A stretch of DNA of 64,000 nt from the NCBI GenBank assembly GCA_028715345.1, contig JAQUSB010000003.1, positions 2,004-66,003 of the forward strand. Reading direction: 5' to 3'. Below the pieces are notes generated by a model. It was not told the DNA's origin, searched no databases, and saw nothing but the letters and a program-made list of their open reading frames with translations. The DNA comes from Candidatus Omnitrophota bacterium. GTDB taxonomy: Bacteria > Omnitrophota > Gorgyraeia > 2-01-FULL-45-10. The translations under genes were made by a program, and so were the position numbers. This document shows positions 38,010 to 48,800 of the stretch, in pieces. The stretch's first letter is position 1. Each line of letters starts with the position of its first letter.

Positions 38010-39245
38010 TTACCGGAAGCAAAGACCCATCCACTTCTTTATGGGGCCGGTCTGCATAAATTTCTCCCAGACGAGCCCTGTCATATAGTTTTCCAGCATT
38101 ATAACGGTGATCCCCTGGTCGATGCCCAGGTACTCTTCCGACCACCAGTTCAGGTCAAGATTAAAGGCGTCCTTGAAGCCGTATTTGCCGTAGAGGAAGC
38201 TTTTATGATTATCGTAAAGATATTTCAATCCCGCCAGCGACTTTTCCCAATCGAAAACTATCGAGCCGGCCATCCCGGACGGCGCTATCGTCCCGTCGTT
38301 CATCGCCTCGCCCGGTTTGGCGCCGTACCCCTTGTAGCCTTTCGGCCCTATGCACGCCGTCAGCCCCCAGGAATTTTCACCGTACGTTTCGTATTGCGCC
38401 GAGCCCTCGATGCAGAATTCGCGATTCGCCTGAACGGCACTGACAGAATTCGTGTAATAATTTATGCCGCTCACATCTTCGTAAAGGCCGCGGAAATCGA
38501 TGAATGCCTGCGAATACTGATAAGTGAATATGCTCCCCGTATAGCAATAGATAAGCCTGTGGCCGGCATACTCCCCTTCGGGCCGCGACCATTCATACCA
38601 CGATTCGGCCGGTATCGGATGGGTCTCGGAACCTATCGCGAGCGCATACAGTATCATGGCCTCACTGTAAGAATCCCAATAATAAGGAAGGAACCCGTAT
38701 TCGGGCCGCCACCCCATGCACATTATCTTGCGGCCATTCATCATCCACTGCCAGTCGACCCTGTCGTAGATCTCTTTGGCAAGTGTTTCGGCCTCGGTGC
38801 CTTTGAAATATTCTCCCGCGAATAATGCCCCGGCTAAAAATAAGGCCGTATCTATGGATGAAAGCTCGGAGTTCCACGCTCTCGAGCCCGTCCGCATATC
38901 GAGGAAATGGTAGAAGAAACCGTGTTCGTTAGGGATTGTGTCGCGGAACGTGGTCAGGATTTTAACAACGCGTTCGTAGGCCTGGCCTTTCTCTATCCAG
39001 CCGCGCGAATCGCCTATGCAGAGCGCCGTAAGGCCGAAACCCACGACGGCAACGCTGCAGGGAGCCCCGGGGCGCGAAGAGTCCTTTATAAGGCCATTGG
39101 CTGTATTCGATTCTCCGGCAAAATAGTGAAGTGTGTCGTATTCAAGTTTGGTAAGGAATTCTTCGTCGCTCGGGTAGGCAGGCCGGATAAGCGAAAGGAA
39201 AGATATCACCGTCAATAATATTAAGAATGGCTTTTTTATCGTCAC
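38010..39245 (-). CDS. Secreted GH144/DUF3131-like (alpha/alpha)6 hydrolase-like protein (catalytic domain only)
   Basis: 411 aa with signal peptide. Paralog of the catalytic region of 27581 (GFFYHFLDMRTG, YTGSIFTYQY, YGFKDAFNL, GWIEK). Confidence 0.45.
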   Translation of the reverse strand: MTIKKPFLILLTVISFLSLIRPAYPSDEEFLTKLEYDTLHYFAGESNTANGLIKDSSRPGAPCSVAVVGFGLTALCIGDSRGWIEKGQAYERVVKILTTFRDTIPNEHGFFYHFLDMRTGSRAWNSELSSIDTALFLAGALFAGEYFKGTEAETLAKEIYDRVDWQWMMNGRKIMCMGWRPEYGFLPYYWDSYSEAMILYALAIGSETHPIPAESWYEWSRPEGEYAGHRLIYCYTGSIFTYQYSQAFIDFRGLYEDVSGINYYTNSVSAVQANREFCIEGSAQYETYGENSWGLTACIGPKGYKGYGAKPGEAMNDGTIAPSGMAGSIVFDWEKSLAGLKYLYDNHKSFLYGKYGFKDAFNLDLNWWSEEYLGIDQGITVIMLENYMTGLVWEKFMQTGPIKKWMGLCFR

Positions 39246-39931
39246 GTCTTATATTTTAATATTACGGAATCTATGCCGGAGAGTATATCCTTTAAACGTT
39301 TGCCGTCTTCTGCAGGTATTGAACCCTTGTCGGCCAGCGCATTTATCCGCTCTTCCAGCGCCATAGAGTCGGTTTTGATCTTCTTGATGTCTTCATGCAG
39401 GCCCTCCACCATCTCTTCGAGAGCCGTCGCAGCGCTCCTCATCTCATCGCCGCGCCGTATCTTGAAATTGACTAAGAGGTCGCCGCGATGTATGGCCTCG
39501 GCGGATTTCTCTATCCTGTACATAGGCCCGGCTATCCTGTGTGATATGAATATGCCTGCGAAGAATATCAATACGGAGAGTATTATGACTTTCGGGATGA
39601 GCGATCTGTTCACGGAACGCAGAGCGTCTTTTAACGCGGCCTTATCCTGCGAGCTGAGCAGTTCGGCCTCGCGGAATATTTTTTCTAATCTGTAATCGCC
39701 CTTGCCGTATCTGACCTGTTCGTAATCGGTAATGCGGTTCACGTTCTCGAGGTTCTGCGAAACTTTAAAGTGGGAAAAGTTCTCGATGATCGAACCCCAC
39801 ATCCCCATGTAAAGCCCGAAACCCGTAACGAACATTACGACAAGAAGGGTGAGTACTGTCAGGACGGTGTATTTAAGCTGGAACCTTTTATTGACAAGGT
39901 AATTTTTTCTTTTATAGGTCGTTTCGGCCAT
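39242..39931 (-). CDS. Membrane protein with two transmembrane helices and a HAMP-like cytoplasmic helix, no output domain
   Basis: 229 aa. The second transmembrane helix is followed by HRIAGPMYRIEKSAEAIHRGDL, a HAMP-like amphipathic linker. Confidence 0.35.
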   Translation of the reverse strand: MAETTYKRKNYLVNKRFQLKYTVLTVLTLLVVMFVTGFGLYMGMWGSIIENFSHFKVSQNLENVNRITDYEQVRYGKGDYRLEKIFREAELLSSQDKAALKDALRSVNRSLIPKVIILSVLIFFAGIFISHRIAGPMYRIEKSAEAIHRGDLLVNFKIRRGDEMRSAATALEEMVEGLHEDIKKIKTDSMALEERINALADKGSIPAEDGKRLKDILSGIDSVILKYKT

Positions 39932-39976
39932 GCCGTAATTATATCATAAAAAATACCGACAGGCTAATCTAAAAAA

Positions 39977-40002
39977 GTAGCGCACCCTTAAGGGTGCGCT
40001 AC
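39977..40002. repeat. 26-nt perfect palindrome, copy 3: gtagcgcaccc-ttaa-gggtgcgctac
   Basis: Same core, with two compensatory outer-stem changes. Lies between the 40035 gene stop and the 39931 gene start. Confidence 0.6.
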
Positions 40003-40034
40003 AATACTGATGCGGATAACTTCCGGTAATACCG

Positions 40035-43000
40035 TTACAGCGACTTGTCGACTGCCTCTTTCGTGAGCCTCTGGGCTTCCGCGTCGGCATTCATATTCAC
40101 AGGTCTCGCCCTCGGTATGATCCTTATGACAAAATAAGTCGACATCTTTAAAGGATCTATGGGCTCGCCGTTCGCGTCCAGGAACAGGCCTATCCTGCCA
40201 AGGAAAGCCGCAAAGTCCCCGTCTATCACCTGATCGAATCCCAACCTTAACGCAAGATCATATATGGCGGGCACAGGGACGGAAAGCGGATTACCGTCAC
40301 TGTCGGTAGATTGAACGTCCAGTATCCTGCTTTTCGCGTGCAAGCCCTGAATTGCGGCCTGGAACGCTTTACCTTCAGCGGTATCTATCAAGGCTCCGTC
40401 TTCATTTATAGCTATCACAGCCCTGATATCCCCTTTACCTATATAAGCCGCTGCCGCCTCTACGGCTTTGTCTTTTGTTGTCCGCACGTTTATTACAAGG
40501 TCTGGCAAATAATTGTCCAACTTCTGCCCTATGCGCTGGGCGACCTGATCGGTGCCTTGTCTGCTTTCTTTTCCGATCCTAACGATAAGAACTTTGCCCT
40601 CTTTGACAAGCAATTCTTGGTTTGTTTTCAACGAAACAGCCGTGGCATTTAACGATTTCACTCCGGATGTTCCGGCAAACGCCATTATCTCCTCCGCCGT
40701 CATGCCGGACAAATTGAAATTCCCCGGCGTGAGTTCATCGGGAAGAAGCCTGCGGCCCATATCCTGCGAGCCGAAATTACGCGCTCCGGTCCGCGCATCG
40801 CGCGTAGCGGCCGTCAAAATATCCTCGGCCTGGAAGACTTTCGCCGGTTCCGGTCTGGACGGTGTCCGCTCTTTCGGCAGGCCCGGAGCCACCTGGCTTC
40901 CGGTCTTTCCGCTCGTCTCGGCTGGTACCGCCGCTTTATCGAACGCATCGCGGAGCAATACTCTGTCCGCATCGGTATCGGTAAGACGCATAAATACACC
41001 GGCCGCGCCTTTAACTTCTCTACCTGCCTCGTCTTTCCTCGGCTGTGTCAAAGCATCGTAGGAAGCCTTAGCGAATAGATCGCGCACCATATGAGGACTG
41101 ACATTATTCAGGTATCCTTTCGCAAATCCTATAGCAGGACGCCCGGGCGCGGGATTTTCCACAGGAACAAAAGAAACGATGAACGGCATATATTTTTGAG
41201 GCTGGGCCAGTACCTGCTGATAGCTTATGTGCTGGTCGCCTGTGCCCTGCATAACCCATTCTATGCCGAGCATAGTAAGATGGTCTCTTAATTCCTGGTA
41301 TTTACGGCCTTCCGTATAAATGAACGGCACAAATTTACGGTTATTCTCCTCTGCAAATTTAGCGGCTTTTTGTATAGTTCGCGCAAGCTCCGCCATAGAA
41401 CCGATATTCTGCGGAAGATCGAATTCCGTTATATTCGACTCTATGCTCTTATTGCGCGCGGCCTGCTGTATTTTCGCAAATTCCTCATTTATAGCCCCGG
41501 GGCCTCCGGCCTGTAACTCCGCCAGCTTCTTTTCAAGCATACCTTTGCCCAATTCCACGTAAGGCTGGCGCAAATATAGATTCTGCTGGAAGATCCTTGT
41601 GGCAGGATTATTGAGATCATTAAGATCGACGTCTTCGGGAGTATATCCTTTCTCGGCAAGAGCTTTTACTATAAGCCTGTTGCCTACCGTATTGGTCATT
41701 CCGTAAAAAGTAGTAAATAGCCCGCCCATGGCATCGGCAAGTTCCTGTTTGCTCGTTTTAACTGTGTTGGGCGCAGGGATATTAACGACATTGAAAGTTT
41801 CGGCAGGAATTGCCGTCTCGCCGAGACGGGACAGGTTTATTACCATCCTGTCAGGCTTTGAGGCATAATGCTTCTTCTGGGCTTCCCACGCGCTCTGCTT
41901 TATCGCGACGAGGTTGGCAAAACCTTTCTGCCATATGCTCTCGTTGAAATTCTGCTCCATCGCTTTGCCGAACCAGAAAAATTCGTCCGGCACTACCAAA
42001 GCTATATCGGTTATGCCTTCATCCGCTATCTTATTGCCGAGATGGTAACCGGGATGCCTGCCTTCGCGGACTTCGACTATGCCTTTATAGCGGTTATCCC
42101 AGTATTCTGCGGCATCCAAATTGTGATATGCCAGTAATGTCATCATGTGGAGATCGCCCGTCCAGCGTCCGCCGACATTATCGAACATAGCGCCGAAACC
42201 GGGTATGTCGCGAATATCAAGCTCATTAGACAATTCCGAGTTCCTTATAAAAGCGGACAAACGGCTTTGCTCAGGCCTGTCGGTAGTCTCAAAAAACATA
42301 TTACCCAGGACTGTACCGAATATATCTTTCAATTCCCGGGATGATATACCTATGCCTTTTGCATGGAACATATCCTTAACCGAACCAGGCGCAAATAGAC
42401 TAAATCCCTTAAAAAGATCCTTCGAAGAACGCTCTTTGCCTTCAGGATAGTTGTTATCGTGCATTGCCTCGAATACTGTATCGGCAAATGCTCTGGCAAA
42501 GAACGGCGCGAATCCATTTTCAACGGCCACATTCTTAAGGAGTGTATAGAAAATTTCCGAGAATATCATCATCGTCTCGTCGGTAGAGCCGGATTTCGAA
42601 CTTGGGATGACCGCTATCTGGTCCCATGACGCATCCATTTTCTTCAGAGTTTCCCGCAGAGAATCCTCATAATTTTTCCCCAGCTCATATTCGCCGACGA
42701 TCTTCCCCGTTCCGGCATCGATCAGCTCGAAAACCTCCGATATGCCCTGGAATGGCGTGTGCTGGCCGCCTATACCCGGCTTTATTATGAACCGGATAGG
42801 CTTGCCGAGCCTTGCGGCGCGCCTCTGGAAAAATTGTTTCATGCTCTCTACCGTATCGACGAATATTTTCTTGCCGCCTTCTACATAATAACCCTGATTG
42901 CCTTCTTTCCCTATCGCGTGAGAACCGTCCACAGCCGCGCCTACCGGCACGCCGTAGCCTATCTGCTTGCCGTCCTTGTTATACCCGCCATTCATAAATA

Positions 43001-45656
43001 CCGCGGCAGGATTGGTAGTGGCAACGAGCGGCGCATGCATCTTCGCAGAAATAACAGCCGCTCCCTTAATTTCCGCCTGCAACCTTACTTTCGCCAGCGC
43101 CTTACGAATATTCTGCGATGGTGCTATCTCTTCGACAGAGTTTTCCGACGAATCCGGATTCCTTATGTGCGCCATTTCGTGATCGAAGCCTTCCAGCAGA
43201 AGATCCCTGCCTTCGTCCATTGAAGCAAGGCCGAGGAAATCTTCTTCATCTATATATATCGTCGTTCTCGTTACACCGAAATGGAGATACAGGTCCGGCG
43301 CAACACCCTGCTTTATTAATTCGCGCGATAAGCCTCTTACGATAACGATATTGGTATCAGTGAGAGATCCGGACACCTGCCTGATCACAGTTACGATGTG
43401 TTCCTGCATTTCCGAACCGTACATAGCGGCCGGCATCAGCCATGGCGAGATGTCTATATCAGCCGGATTATATCGGATATACTTAGAACGCAGTGAAAAG
43501 GCCTGACCCATCAGTATCTTATTTTCTATGATCCCGTTCACCGTACCGCGCTTATCCATCGTCCTCGCCACGTCCGCGCCGTGAGCTCGCGTGCGCGGGC
43601 CGTGCTCGGCGGCTGTCAAAGCTTCGCCGTTACCGCGTATAGCGCCCGTCTCGTCTCCGACCCTGGGCATTGTCTTCGCGAATTCTCTGGCAAATATGGC
43701 GTCAAAAACGGGGCTTCGTAGTATGGCGTCTACTATCTCATTAGCCCTCCGGTCGATAGCGGCTCCTCTTTCGGAGCCGGGATCATTTCCGGGTTCCACA
43801 TTCCCTATCTCGAACCCGGCTTCTTCAAAAAATAGATTTGTAAGACTTATCCGCATACCCGAAGCATACGCCGCTTTCATCGTATTCTCATCGCGAGCCA
43901 ATTCGTGGCTGCGGACTGCGGGTAATGCTTTCTCGAACCAGTATTCTATACTACGGGCAACCCAGCGTTCCTCAAAATCCTTACCTGTCGCGGCAAGCTC
44001 TCTTGTGATACCGGAATCTACCCTTATAAGACGCGACCTCAGCATTGGCGCGAGCATCCCCTTCTTGGCCGCATCCGGGCTTACCAGTATGTCTTCGATG
44101 GGTGTGCGCTGATTCGTCAATACCTGTATATAAGGCGTGGGAACGTCTTTGGTAATGGACGGGCATACTACTATATATGATATGCCGCGCTTCTCGAGGA
44201 GCTTAGACATGCCTTCGGAGTGGAAACCGCCCGTCACGAGGACCGCGAACTGCTGCTTCTGTCTGTCCATCTCTTTTATCGTGTTATCGACCAGCGCCTT
44301 GTCGCGTTTGGTCGCGATGACGTAAAATTCCTCGAGCTTCGGCATACTCTTCGCGACAGCTTCGCTCGGGAGCTCGGCTTCGTAGGCGAGGCCGTATTTG
44401 ACGGATTCTTTCCTTATGAAATCGGTAAATATTTCGTGGGTAAATTCACCCCTGTGCGTCTGGTAATAATTAAAATCGCCGTTTAGTAATTTAATATTGG
44501 CCATCCCGATAAGGATATCGATGTGGCGCGACAATTTATCGAGCGTCCTCTGGTCGTCGCTTGTGAACAATTTCTCTTTTATGCCGGCCTCGAGCGCCTT
44601 TATTTCATTGAACAATTTCTCATTGTCGATCTTGGAATATACGGAATTGTATATTATATAGTTGTAGAGATTCGGATATTTTACCGAAAGGTCGATATTG
44701 TTCTGGATGGCGGTCTTTTTTAAATAATTGTAGAATTCTACCGATGAGATAGCCCCGGATTTAAATGCGATGGACTTCGAGACCATTTCCGTAAGCGCGT
44801 CTTTGGAAATGGCCTTGGATATCTCATCGATAAGGCCTGCCCTCTCCTTGTCGGTAACATTGAAATTGATCTTCTTCTCATACGCAAGGACGCTTACGAG
44901 CCTGAAAAGATTTTCGTAGCTTCTTAGATTGATCTTGCACTTCTCGGCCATGGACTGGAGAAACCGTATATAATCATTGAACTGCATCTTCTTCGATTCG
45001 TAGTCTTGCGACTTCGCGTCCATAGCTTTCAGGTTGTCGCTGTATATAAACCCTTTCAGACGGTTCAGCGCGCCTTTTATGGAATTGTAATACTTCTCGG
45101 TCTCTGCTTTAAGAGGATAACTCGATGTGAACGCGTTCAGGTTCTGTATGTATGCAGCGCGGTCTTCGGCGCCGAATAATTTTATCGGATAATTCTTGGT
45201 AATAGAAAGAAATTCGGGGCCGGTGATCTCACCCTTCTTCATAAAGTATGCGGCGACTTCCTTGCGGACTTCTTCGTCCGGAAATGCCTTAAACCAGGTC
45301 GTGTCTATCAGGCCGTCGGCTCCTTCTACCGATATGAGGCCCAAAGAATGGTTCTTTATCAGGCCTTCGAGGATATTGACTATATTGGTCTGGGCTTCAT
45401 AATTGCAGTGGGCATCCTGGATATTTATTATAAACTTATTCGAATTACCCGAGAATTTCGACTTGATCAGCCCGTGATCTTTTTCGATAATTATGTTGTC
45501 GATGGTAGCGGGCGTATGACTTTTTTGCACAATATCTGTTTTGCTCTGGAGAGGATCTGCAAAAGCAATACTCGAAACGAAAAATGAAAAAGCTACGATG
45601 ACCGACATTGATTTGCATAAAAAGGTGTTACGCCTGAAAGTTGACTGAACTTCCAT
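40035..45656 (-). CDS. Giant secreted protein with an embedded phosphoglucose isomerase (SIS-fold) like domain
   Basis: Start at ATG 45654-45656 with AAGGAGA Shine-Dalgarno. Signal peptide MSVIVAFSFFVSSIAFA. PGI-like motifs PGIGGQHTPFQG, VIPSSKSGSTDET and VGGRWTGDLHM in the middle third. HExxH (DHEMAHI) upstream of them. N-terminal 500 aa is a K/N/Y-rich helical region. Confidence 0.45.
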   Translation of the reverse strand: MEVQSTFRRNTFLCKSMSVIVAFSFFVSSIAFADPLQSKTDIVQKSHTPATIDNIIIEKDHGLIKSKFSGNSNKFIINIQDAHCNYEAQTNIVNILEGLIKNHSLGLISVEGADGLIDTTWFKAFPDEEVRKEVAAYFMKKGEITGPEFLSITKNYPIKLFGAEDRAAYIQNLNAFTSSYPLKAETEKYYNSIKGALNRLKGFIYSDNLKAMDAKSQDYESKKMQFNDYIRFLQSMAEKCKINLRSYENLFRLVSVLAYEKKINFNVTDKERAGLIDEISKAISKDALTEMVSKSIAFKSGAISSVEFYNYLKKTAIQNNIDLSVKYPNLYNYIIYNSVYSKIDNEKLFNEIKALEAGIKEKLFTSDDQRTLDKLSRHIDILIGMANIKLLNGDFNYYQTHRGEFTHEIFTDFIRKESVKYGLAYEAELPSEAVAKSMPKLEEFYVIATKRDKALVDNTIKEMDRQKQQFAVLVTGGFHSEGMSKLLEKRGISYIVVCPSITKDVPTPYIQVLTNQRTPIEDILVSPDAAKKGMLAPMLRSRLIRVDSGITRELAATGKDFEERWVARSIEYWFEKALPAVRSHELARDENTMKAAYASGMRISLTNLFFEEAGFEIGNVEPGNDPGSERGAAIDRRANEIVDAILRSPVFDAIFAREFAKTMPRVGDETGAIRGNGEALTAAEHGPRTRAHGADVARTMDKRGTVNGIIENKILMGQAFSLRSKYIRYNPADIDISPWLMPAAMYGSEMQEHIVTVIRQVSGSLTDTNIVIVRGLSRELIKQGVAPDLYLHFGVTRTTIYIDEEDFLGLASMDEGRDLLLEGFDHEMAHIRNPDSSENSVEEIAPSQNIRKALAKVRLQAEIKGAAVISAKMHAPLVATTNPAAVFMNGGYNKDGKQIGYGVPVGAAVDGSHAIGKEGNQGYYVEGGKKIFVDTVESMKQFFQRRAARLGKPIRFIIKPGIGGQHTPFQGISEVFELIDAGTGKIVGEYELGKNYEDSLRETLKKMDASWDQIAVIPSSKSGSTDETMMIFSEIFYTLLKNVAVENGFAPFFARAFADTVFEAMHDNNYPEGKERSSKDLFKGFSLFAPGSVKDMFHAKGIGISSRELKDIFGTVLGNMFFETTDRPEQSRLSAFIRNSELSNELDIRDIPGFGAMFDNVGGRWTGDLHMMTLLAYHNLDAAEYWDNRYKGIVEVREGRHPGYHLGNKIADEGITDIALVVPDEFFWFGKAMEQNFNESIWQKGFANLVAIKQSAWEAQKKHYASKPDRMVINLSRLGETAIPAETFNVVNIPAPNTVKTSKQELADAMGGLFTTFYGMTNTVGNRLIVKALAEKGYTPEDVDLNDLNNPATRIFQQNLYLRQPYVELGKGMLEKKLAELQAGGPGAINEEFAKIQQAARNKSIESNITEFDLPQNIGSMAELARTIQKAAKFAEENNRKFVPFIYTEGRKYQELRDHLTMLGIEWVMQGTGDQHISYQQVLAQPQKYMPFIVSFVPVENPAPGRPAIGFAKGYLNNVSPHMVRDLFAKASYDALTQPRKDEAGREVKGAAGVFMRLTDTDADRVLLRDAFDKAAVPAETSGKTGSQVAPGLPKERTPSRPEPAKVFQAEDILTAATRDARTGARNFGSQDMGRRLLPDELTPGNFNLSGMTAEEIMAFAGTSGVKSLNATAVSLKTNQELLVKEGKVLIVRIGKESRQGTDQVAQRIGQKLDNYLPDLVINVRTTKDKAVEAAAAYIGKGDIRAVIAINEDGALIDTAEGKAFQAAIQGLHAKSRILDVQSTDSDGNPLSVPVPAIYDLALRLGFDQVIDGDFAAFLGRIGLFLDANGEPIDPLKMSTYFVIRIIPRARPVNMNADAEAQRLTKEAVDKSL

Positions 45657-45889
45657 CACTATCTCCTTAATTTGCTTTATATACAAAGATATTTAACTTT
45701 TCATTTATTTACAGAATGTGTTTAATTCTATCATATATAAGGAAGGTCGTCAACCTTCAAAAACTAACTATTTTATATTTTAATTTTACCGGCCTCCGCT
45801 TCGTAAACCGCTTGGCAGGATTTACGATAGCAGAGGCCGATCACTACCGGGGTGGCACCGCGGCAGTGTTTAAATATTATCGCGGGTCG
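45657..45889 (-). promoter_or_regulatory. AT-rich intergenic region: probable promoter and 5' UTR of the 1883-aa gene and 3' end of the giant gene
   Basis: 233 bp with no ORF. AT-rich 45660-45780. Weak inverted repeat cggcctc...gaggccg at 45789-45838. Confidence 0.3.
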
Positions 45890-48800
45890 TTACGCCGCGC
45901 TTGAGAGCAGTATCATAGCGCTTCTGTATATTTCGACTTCTTCCCCGATATTTTTAGGAACGACGGGCGGCAAATACGTGTATTTTTTCGCCGTCGAATC
46001 GTAATACAATCCGGGTATCTCGCTATCGAGAGCCATACTGTTCTCCGGAACTTTGTCCATTAAAGCGACCCTATAAGCGACCTTTTCCGAATTGACCGCC
46101 GCGAGCACACGCTTGCCGGCAACGGTCACTTCTTTCACTTCCAGCGTCTTCATATAGGTAGCAGCGCCGCTTAGTTCGCCCGAGGCCGATACTATGCTTA
46201 TATTGGACATGCTCAATCCTTGCGGCAGGCCTGCCGATATTTCACTTTCGATCTCTTCTATGTTCTTGGCACGGCCGTCAGCGTTATTCTCGACGAGCCT
46301 TATCTTTTTTATATTTTCCGCTGAGCACCCCGCGCCCGCCAGGAATGCTTCCGCACGCTCTTTTGTGGCAATGTCTTTGCCGTATAGGAAGGATACTTCG
46401 CCGCCGGCGGCTATGATCTGAGCGACTCCGTCGGCAAATGTCGGGTTATTCAGCGCGACCTTTTCGGTTATAACCACTCCCGCTCTCTTCCCGGCCGAAA
46501 CGGCGTCTTTAACGATAGATCTGTTGTTATAGAGAGAAGATTCGTTAAGTTTAAGTATGTGATCGGCGACCATTGGGCGCAACCCTTCTACGCGTTCTCT
46601 CATCGATGGAGTTTGCGTTATTCTGTCGAGCGCCATACCGAATATCTCGGCAGGCTCCATATCCTCTATATCGCCTATCAGGGCATTTACTATCCTTCTT
46701 ATATGGCCGCGTCCTTCGCTGTCTATGTCCTCCGCAACCAATGCCCCTTTGTAATTTGTAATAAGTATCTCGGCAAGCGCGGAGGCCAGGTCGGCATCGG
46801 TCATCGCGTCATCTACGAACAGGCAAACCTGCCTGCCGGTTCTCTTCCTTGAAATAAATTCGTCGGCCGTCTTCGCCGTTTCTACGGAACAATTTTCGCC
46901 GAGGACATCCTTTATGATCTTAACTCTTCCGGCGGCGCGGTACGAACTTACCTCGGGTATACCGACGACAAAGCCCTCCGGCTTATCGGTAAGACGCATC
47001 ACTTTCGCTATATGCTCTATAGCTCTGCCCAAAGCCCCCTGGACCTCTCCGGCATCGAGAGTCTGTGAGTATAATTCATAGAGGTAGCGATGCTTGTTTA
47101 CGGCTTCGCCTTCCCCGAGATCCGGCACTTTCTGCCCGAAAAATTCATTCTCTTCCGGCAGGAAACGCGTAAATTGCAAGTCTCGCGGATCGACGCTCGA
47201 TCTATCCGTCTCCGCCCTTATTATAACGTCGGCATCGCGTATCTCTTGCTCGTCGAGGAGCCTTACCGTTTTCAGGTTCGCGTAAAATTCCACCAGTTTG
47301 TCTGATAAAAACTGGTCGGTATTTAACTCCGCTACAATGTCACGGCGTAATCCGTTTAAACCCGGATCATAATAGTATATATTCCTGCCCAGAGCCGGCG
47401 CCGGCTTTTTATTTAATGTGATCAGTTCCGAACTTCCCGCCGAGACAACTTCAAAATAATCGTGCCAGCCGTTCCTGTCTATATAGTCCTGTATGGCAAA
47501 TTGCAGTAACGGGCTTCTGTATATATTGGCGTTGCATGTTACGACTATGCGGTATTTCCCGTGCCCTTTCTTCGGCGGAGGCAGGTTCGTTAAAGTCTTA
47601 AGCGGCCCGGTTTCGGTAGTAGTAATGGCCGGTTTTCTCTCATCCCCTTTTCCGCCGAGCCACACCGTCGCAACGGCACTTATACATAGGCCGGCCATCG
47701 CAAGGGCGGGACCATACGGCAGGTTTGCCAAAAACATCTTTATGGCAGGCCAATTATACAATACGATGCCGGCGGCTATGCCCGCAAGGATCAAGAAGGA
47801 CGCTTTCACCTCACCGCGCTCGTTCTGATGCAGTCCCGGGGCGATTTTCTTTTCTACCCTGTAGACCATCCGATAGCCGTCCAGCTCTCTGCGCAAACCC
47901 TTTGTTTTTCCGGTAACAACAAACTTGTTTCTAGCAACACCTTCCTTTTTAAAACCTATAGCTTCCAGCGCTTTCCAGGCGTCGACATCCAATTCATTTA
48001 CCGTCATCTCGATCCGGGAACGTCCTGCCATCCTCTCAAGCAGCCATTTCTTTATAAGGGCTTCCTCTACGCCGCAACCTTTGTAATCGGGATCGACTAT
48101 GATCCGCACTATCCCGATATATCCTTTATTCAGATCATAGACTATAGCGCCCACAACTTTACCGTCATAGAGCGCCACGCCTCCGAGACGGATCCTGACA
48201 TTCCTTGTGGCATCGGCATATGCCTGTTTATCCATCCGGTAATTACCGTCGACGGGCTCCGCGCGGTTCTCTATATCCTCTATCTCGGGATAATACTCCT
48301 GATTCAGGTTGCTAACTTCAAAATCTTTTTCAGGCTTCGCCGGAGACGCCGCAGGCTCGTATTCGCTTCCTGAGCGTATTTTCACTAAGTCCGCTTCCAA
48401 TTCCATCTTTCTTCTCACTTGTACCAAGTCCAATGTCATGACCATACGAGGACCGTCTGTTGGCGAATAGCGCGTGAAACCGTTGTTTAAAAGAAGGTCT
48501 TTTATTGCACGACTGCGTCCGTTTATTTCTACCTGCGCGTAAGTATGCCCTTCCGAAGCGAATCTTTCCTTAACAGTTCTCATGACCTTTGTGCAAGCGT
48601 AGCCGGAGCAATAGTTATACCTAAGGCAGAACGAGTCCATCACTATCTTGTGCTTCTTATATTCGTTATAGAGAATAAAGCCTACAGGTTTGTGGCCGTC
48701 CCTTATTATTAACCCGCGTTTTCCGCTTTGTAAATATATCTTGGCCCGTGTCGAATGGTCTATTTTATTAGCCCCCATTTCATCCACTGCTTCCTTGAAT

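Noticed and set aside
45657-45889. Possible tRNA or other ncRNA in the giant-gene / 1883-aa-gene intergenic region.
   Set aside because: Only weak inverted repeats with a long loop and no cloverleaf-compatible arrangement. It is treated as a promoter/UTR.
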